A stretch of DNA of 64,000 bases, from NCBI GenBank assembly GCA_947168485.1, contig CAMVLZ010000004.1:3732-67731 (forward strand), given 5' to 3'. This document shows positions 59,493-64,000 of the stretch, piece after piece. The notes under the pieces were generated by a model, which did not search any database, was not told the DNA's origin, and was given only the letters and a program-made list of their open reading frames with translations. Position numbers and translations under genes: made by a program. Source of the stretch: an uncultured Bacillota bacterium. Lineage in GTDB: Bacteria > Bacillota_I > Bacilli_A > RF39 > UBA660. Numbering within the stretch: position 1 is the first letter of the stretch; each line of letters starts with the position of its first letter.

Positions 59493-60976
59493 TCTTGAGG
59501 TTTCATAAGTGGGAATAACATAACATCTCTAATAGAATCTTTTTCCATAAATAACATCATCATTCTATCAATTCCGAATCCTATTCCACCTGCTGGAGGC
59601 ATACCATATTCTAATGCTTCAACAAAGTCCATATCAATATCAGCAGCCTCATCATTTCCTAATTCTTTTTCCTTAGCTTGATTTTCAAATCTTTCTAACT
59701 GATCAATTGGATCATTTAACTCAGTAAAAGCATTAGCAAATTCACTACCAGCAATAAATAACTCAAATCTATCAGTAAATCTAGGATCATCAGGATTCTT
59801 CTTTGTTAATGGAGAAATCTCAATTGGATGTCCATATAAGAATGTTGGTTGAATTAAAGTCTCTTCAACATATTCTTCAAAGAATAAATTAATAATATGA
59901 CCATATTGTTTCTCATGATCCATTAATTCTATATGATGTTCCTCAGCTAATTTAATACACTCATCTAAATCAGTAATCTCTTTAAAATCAATACCTGTTA
60001 CTTCTTTAATAGCATCAGTCATACTAATTCTCTTCCAAGGTCCTTTTAAATTAATAGTATGTCCTTGGAATTGAAATTCCATTTTATTAAATACCTTTTC
60101 AGCTACATTTTGAAACATACCTTCAGTTAAATTCATCATACCCTCTAAATCAGAATAAGCTAAGTATGCTTCCATTTCAGTAAATTCAGGATTATGTTTT
60201 AAATCCATACCTTCATTTCTAAATACTTTTCCTATTTCATAAACAGCTTCCATTCCACCTACTAATAATCTTTTAAGAGGAAGTTCTAAAGCTATTCTTA
60301 AAACCATATCTATATCTTGAGCATTATGATGAGTTAAGAAAGGTCTAGCATTAGATCCAGTCATTAATGAAGATAAAATAGGAGTTTCTACTTCTACAAA
60401 GTTATATTCAGTTTCTAAATAATTTTGAATACATCTAATTACTTTAGGTCTAGTAAAAGCAACGTTCTTAGAATCTTCATTCATTATTAAATCAACATAT
60501 CTTCTTCTATATCTTTCTTCTTTATCTGTTAATCCATGGAATTTTTCAGGTAATGGTCTTAAAGCCTTACATAAATGAGTAAACTCTAAACATTTAATAG
60601 TAACCTCACCAGTTTTAGTCTTCATAATCTTTCCATGAACACCAACTATATCTCCGATATCTTCAGTCTTAAATAAAGAATAAGTATCTTCACCAACATC
60701 ATTGATTGAAATATATATTTGAATTGTACCTTTTCTATCTTGAATAGTGAAAAATGAAGCTTTACCCATTTTTCTAATAAACATAATTCTACCAGCAACA
60801 GTAGCAGTATCTTCCATTTTTTCAAATTCATCATGATCTACAGAAGAATACTTTTCTTTTATATCTGTACTATAAGAATCCCTTTTAAAAACATGTCCAA
60901 AAGGATCCATTCCTAACTCTTTAAATTTTTCTAATTTTCCTCTTCTAACTAATTCTTGTTCTGTTAATTCACGCAA
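59489..60976 (-). CDS. lysS: lysine--tRNA ligase (class II)
   Basis: OB-fold N-terminus, motif 2 VFRNEGMDLKHNPEFT and motif 3 GGIGFGIDRMMM. Confidence 0.96.
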   Translation of the reverse strand: MRELTEQELVRRGKLEKFKELGMDPFGHVFKRDSYSTDIKEKYSSVDHDEFEKMEDTATVAGRIMFIRKMGKASFFTIQDRKGTIQIYISINDVGEDTYSLFKTEDIGDIVGVHGKIMKTKTGEVTIKCLEFTHLCKALRPLPEKFHGLTDKEERYRRRYVDLIMNEDSKNVAFTRPKVIRCIQNYLETEYNFVEVETPILSSLMTGSNARPFLTHHNAQDIDMVLRIALELPLKRLLVGGMEAVYEIGKVFRNEGMDLKHNPEFTEMEAYLAYSDLEGMMNLTEGMFQNVAEKVFNKMEFQFQGHTINLKGPWKRISMTDAIKEVTGIDFKEITDLDECIKLAEEHHIELMDHEKQYGHIINLFFEEYVEETLIQPTFLYGHPIEISPLTKKNPDDPRFTDRFELFIAGSEFANAFTELNDPIDQLERFENQAKEKELGNDEAADIDMDFVEALEYGMPPAGGIGFGIDRMMMLFMEKDSIRDVMLFPLMKPQD

Positions 60977-60980
60977 AATA

Positions 60981-61631
60981 TCACTCCTTAATCACTCTTA
61001 TTTTAACATATTTATAAAAAATATAAAGAAAAATTATTATTAGTATAAAAATACTATATATTTGTAATGATTCAATCTTCATATATAAAAAACTATTATA
61101 TAGAGCATGTATTAATGTAGGTATAACTAAACCCAAACAAATATTTAATTTTTTATGTTTATCTTTTATTAAAAACAATCCCATTATAATAGCACATAAT
61201 AAATGTAATGGAACTGCTGTAAAGAATCTTGATATTGCAGAATCAATACCATATTTAGAAACATAAAATACAACATTCTCATATATAGCAAATCCTAAAG
61301 ATACAAAGAAAGAATACTCCATTATCTCTAATTTACTTTGCTTCCGTTTAAACCTAAATAAATTAGTAAATAACCATTTAAAACCTTCCTCAAAAATAGC
61401 CACTCCAAATATTGCATAAAATATAGAAGCAATATAACCATAAGTCTTAATCTTAGGAAAAGAACCACCTATATGCATCTCTATTCTATAACAAATATAT
61501 GAACCAATTCCTCCAATAATAAATAACAATAATATTTTAATATTTTTATTTCTATTCTTATCTTTATCAAATATCAAATAAATAATAATAAATATAATTG
61601 CAGGTAATACAGCTATAAAATAAGCTAACAT
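60981..61631 (-). CDS. prsW: PrsW-family intramembrane protease
   Basis: Multi-TM protein with IFEEGFKWL (EExxK) and LIHALYNSF (HxxxN) motifs. Confidence 0.7.
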   Translation of the reverse strand: MLAYFIAVLPAIIFIIIYLIFDKDKNRNKNIKILLLFIIGGIGSYICYRIEMHIGGSFPKIKTYGYIASIFYAIFGVAIFEEGFKWLFTNLFRFKRKQSKLEIMEYSFFVSLGFAIYENVVFYVSKYGIDSAISRFFTAVPLHLLCAIIMGLFLIKDKHKKLNICLGLVIPTLIHALYNSFLYMKIESLQIYSIFILIIIFLYIFYKYVKIRVIKE

Positions 61632-62212
61632 TTTACTACCTTAGTATTACATATAATATCATGTAATCCTCTTCTATCTTTCCTAATTATAATCATAATA
61701 CTACTAATAAGAAGAATTAAATAATTTAAACCATTTAAAGTCATATTAGCCATAAAATAAATATCTTCATCAGCAAATATAACAAATATAAAACTAACTA
61801 AAGTAATAAGTATAGAATTAATAACTAATCCTCTAATAACCATCTGATTCATAGTTAATTCCTTATCATTAGAATCAATTTTAATTTTAAATATTCTTTT
61901 ACCTATAGTTTGCTTAGTATAGAATTGATATACAACAAAATATAAAATACTAAGTACAATCATAAATAAAGTAGTTATACCATTACTTCTATCATTTTGA
62001 TAAACTAATGGAGTCAATTCACTAATATATGTCTCCATTGATATTTCATGTTTAGAAAACTTTTCAACTATTTCAGTAACCTCATTACTAATCTTTTGAG
62101 AATTATCTTGATCTATAAAAGGCATAGATATCAAAGCAGCTACAAAACTAACAATAAAAATATCAACTAAAAAAGCACATATTCTAACTAATAATCCAGC
62201 ATTATTTTTCAT
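61625..62212 (-). CDS. RDD-family membrane protein
   Basis: RICAFLVDIFIV near the N-terminus and RRGLHDIICNTKVV near the C-terminus, with three TMs. Confidence 0.7.
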   Translation of the reverse strand: MKNNAGLLVRICAFLVDIFIVSFVAALISMPFIDQDNSQKISNEVTEIVEKFSKHEISMETYISELTPLVYQNDRSNGITTLFMIVLSILYFVVYQFYTKQTIGKRIFKIKIDSNDKELTMNQMVIRGLVINSILITLVSFIFVIFADEDIYFMANMTLNGLNYLILLISSIMIIIRKDRRGLHDIICNTKVVKC

Positions 62213-63180
62213 TTTATCACCCTCAATTCTTCTATTAAATTAATTATCTCATTAATATTAGTAGTTTTAAATATCTTATTTTTTATTTCATTAGAATTTT
62301 TTATTCCTTTTAAATACCAACCTATATGAGTTCTTATTTCTAAAGCAACTTGCTTTTCTGTTTTAAATTCTAATAAGTAACTTAAATGTTTCTTAATCAT
62401 CTCAATTCTATCATCTATAGAAGGTACTATTTCTTCTTTACCATCTAGTGATAATAAAATATTCTTAATTAACCAAGGATTACCAAGTAATCCTCTACCG
62501 ATCATAATAGCATCACAACCAGTTTCATCTAACATTCTTTTAGCATCACTAGCACTTTTTATATCACCATTACCAATAACTGGTATTGAAACATTATTTT
62601 TAACTTCTTTTATAATATTCCAATCTGCTTTCCCACTATATCCTTGAGATCTAGTTCTAGGATGAACAGTAATAGCACTAGCACCTGCTTTTTCAATCAT
62701 CTTAGCAACTTCTACTGCATTTATATGATTATTATCCCATCCACTTCTAATCTTAACAGTAACAGGAATAGAAACAGAATCAACAACATTTTTAACAACT
62801 TCATATATTTTATCAGGATTTTTTAATAAAGCAGAACCAGCTTGAGCATGAACAGCAACCTTTGGTACAGGACACCCCATATTAATATCTATAATATCAG
62901 GCTTCATAGTCTTTTCTATATATTTAGCAGCCTCTACAAAAGAATCAACATCTGAACCAAATATCTGTTGAGAAATAGGTCTTTCACTATCTTGCATATA
63001 AAGCATATCTATTGTTTTCTTATTATTATAAACAATAGCTTTATCACTAACCATTTCAGCAACCACAAGTCCAGCACCCATTTCTTTACAAATTCTTCTA
63101 TATGCAGAATTAGATATACCAGCCATAGGAGCTAAAACTATTTGATTATTTATTAATACATCCCCAATTTTCCATTCCAT
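62209..63180 (-). CDS. dusB: tRNA-dihydrouridine synthase
   Basis: LAPMAGISNSAYRRICKEMGAG, DINMGCP and a TIM-barrel Dus pattern. Confidence 0.93.
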   Translation of the reverse strand: MEWKIGDVLINNQIVLAPMAGISNSAYRRICKEMGAGLVVAEMVSDKAIVYNNKKTIDMLYMQDSERPISQQIFGSDVDSFVEAAKYIEKTMKPDIIDINMGCPVPKVAVHAQAGSALLKNPDKIYEVVKNVVDSVSIPVTVKIRSGWDNNHINAVEVAKMIEKAGASAITVHPRTRSQGYSGKADWNIIKEVKNNVSIPVIGNGDIKSASDAKRMLDETGCDAIMIGRGLLGNPWLIKNILLSLDGKEEIVPSIDDRIEMIKKHLSYLLEFKTEKQVALEIRTHIGWYLKGIKNSNEIKNKIFKTTNINEIINLIEELRVIK

Positions 63181-63263
63181 TTTATCAAATCCAATCCCTT
63201 AAACACATTTATAATTTTAACATAAATATCCTATCAAAAAAAGGCACTCATTAAGTGCCTTTT

Positions 63264-63698
63264 CTATTTTTGTTTCTTTAATAAATCTCTAATCTCTTCT
63301 AGTAATAAAGTTTCATCTGTTTTTGTAACAACTTCTTCTTCCTCTTTTTTACCAATAGAAGCAAGTTTATTAAATCCTTTAAGTATTAAGAATAATACTA
63401 ATGCCATTATTAAGAAATTAATAATTGCTGTAATAAAATCTCCATATTTAATAACTTGTCCACCGTAGATTTTTAAAGTTCCACCAACTTCAGCTCCACC
63501 AATACCATTAATTAATGGATTAATAAAGTCATCAGTTAATGCTGTAACAATACCAGAAAATGCACCACCAATAATAACACCGACAGCCATATCCATAACA
63601 TTTCCACGCATAATGAATTCCTTGAATTCACCCATAAATCCTTTGCTCTTGCCTTTAATCTTATCTAATTTTTCCTTATCAATAACCTTCTTAGCCAT
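63264..63698 (-). CDS. mscL: large-conductance mechanosensitive channel
   Basis: FKEFIMRGNVMDMAVGVIIGGAF signature and two TMs. Confidence 0.93.
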   Translation of the reverse strand: MAKKVIDKEKLDKIKGKSKGFMGEFKEFIMRGNVMDMAVGVIIGGAFSGIVTALTDDFINPLINGIGGAEVGGTLKIYGGQVIKYGDFITAIINFLIMALVLFLILKGFNKLASIGKKEEEEVVTKTDETLLLEEIRDLLKKQK

Positions 63699-63776
63699 AA
63701 TTTTTCTCCTTTTCTGCTTATATTATAATAAAAATATGAATAATTTCAAGAAAAAAATGTCTTTTTCAAGACATTT

Positions 63777-64000
63777 TTAAATAGTATCATCTAATGCTTT
63801 TAAAAGTTCAGCCTTACTCATCTTCTCATAATCTTCTATATTATTTTTCTTAGCTAACTCTTTTAACTTAGTAATAGATAGTTTTTCTAAATTAGTTTCC
63901 TCATCCTCAGGAGGCATTTTTCCATTTTCAACTAAATAATCAATTTGTTCTTTAGTTAAAGTTTCATATTCTAATAAAGTCTCAGCAATTAATTTTAATA
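63777..64000 (-). CDS. ftsH: ATP-dependent zinc metalloprotease FtsH, C-terminal end only (5' part outside window)
   Basis: Hand translation gives ...KLIAETLLEYETLTKEQIDYLVENGKMPPEDEETNLEKLSITKLKELAKKNNIEDYEKMSKAELLKALDDTI*. The first part matches the conserved FtsH C-terminal helix region, and the synteny with dusB-lysS fits. Confidence 0.7.
   Translation of the reverse strand, partial: LKLIAETLLEYETLTKEQIDYLVENGKMPPEDEETNLEKLSITKLKELAKKNNIEDYEKMSKAELLKALDDTI

Noticed and set aside
11587-62826. Antisense or shadow ORFs in the supplied track: 11587..11802, 16082..16264, 17570..17794, 23464..23754, 25864..26103, 26329..26766, 27735..28058, 28006..28191, 29736..30029, 30107..30295, 30680..30988, 30873..31127, 31748..31975, 34157..34351, 41861..42043, 42188..42373, 43242..43544, 46940..47167, 52588..52770, 52608..52913, 58459..58740, 59224..59454, 60646..60834, 62644..62826.
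   Set aside because: Each lies inside or opposite a much longer gene with clear homology (16082..16264 overlaps tmRNA). They have low-complexity I/L/N/S/F-rich translations typical of AT-rich shadow frames, and they lack Shine-Dalgarno sequences.
1-64000. Possibility of the Mollicutes-type genetic code 4 (TGA = Trp), given the extreme AT richness.
   Set aside because: All long conserved proteins (RpoB, RpoC, EF-G, EF-Tu, EssC) are intact under the standard code. Conserved Trp residues are TGG, for example in the tuf codons for PKW. TGA ends rpoC (35567-35569), the methyltransferase (42818-42820), the adhesin (4049-4051) and ORF 19090..19608.
1-64000. CRISPR arrays, IS elements or transposases, rRNA operons, and tRNAs other than tRNA-Asn.
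   Set aside because: Scanning the intergenic regions found none. No regularly spaced direct repeats, no transposase or integrase-like ORFs, and no further cloverleaf-capable GC-rich segments were seen.

Overview
This is a 64 kb window from a very AT-rich, monoderm, Bacillota-like genome that uses the standard genetic code. TGG encodes Trp in conserved genes, and TGA ends rpoC and the methyltransferase upstream of rpoB. Everything below is by-eye analysis; no searches were run.

Most genes lie on the minus strand and follow the conserved Bacillus-type backbone: ftsH(3' end)-mscL-dusB-(RDD, PrsW)-lysS-(permease)-cysS-mrnC-rlmB-sigH-(orphan)-secE-nusG-rplK-rplA-rplJ-rplL // methyltransferase-rpoB-rpoC // rpsL-rpsG-fusA-tuf. 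These are followed by cell-envelope genes (ltaS-like, femAB-like, murD), secG-rnr-(capA-like)-smpB, tmRNA, a surface/glycosyltransferase cluster, a second RNase R paralog, cdaA-cdaR, tRNA-Asn, an S41 protease, a thioester-domain adhesin with a sortase, and fhs.

The two most interesting loci both sit at the rplL/rpoB junction (about 43.5-50.05 kb):
- A self-contained five-gene type VIIb-like secretion module: a basic helical protein, a WXG100-like protein, a D/E-rich protein, a 1528-aa EssC-like ATPase and an EsaB/YukD-like protein. It has its own promoter and terminator. No EssA, EssB or EsaA candidates are visible nearby.
- Directly downstream, an orphan non-coding transcription unit of about 400 nt. 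It is GC-enriched, hairpin-rich, and has its own extended -10 promoter and intrinsic terminator. I could not assign it to any RNA class.

Secondary oddities:
- A sortase-like gene with the catalytic Arg position occupied by Gln, beside an adhesin with a non-LPXTG tail.
- S12 carrying Ile in the universal KDLPGVRYH motif.
- A three-gene opposite-strand insertion between rpsL and rpoC.
- An orphan-gene patch between ssrA and smpB flanked by a 30-nt repeated terminator.

No CRISPR arrays, transposases, integrases or rRNA genes were seen.
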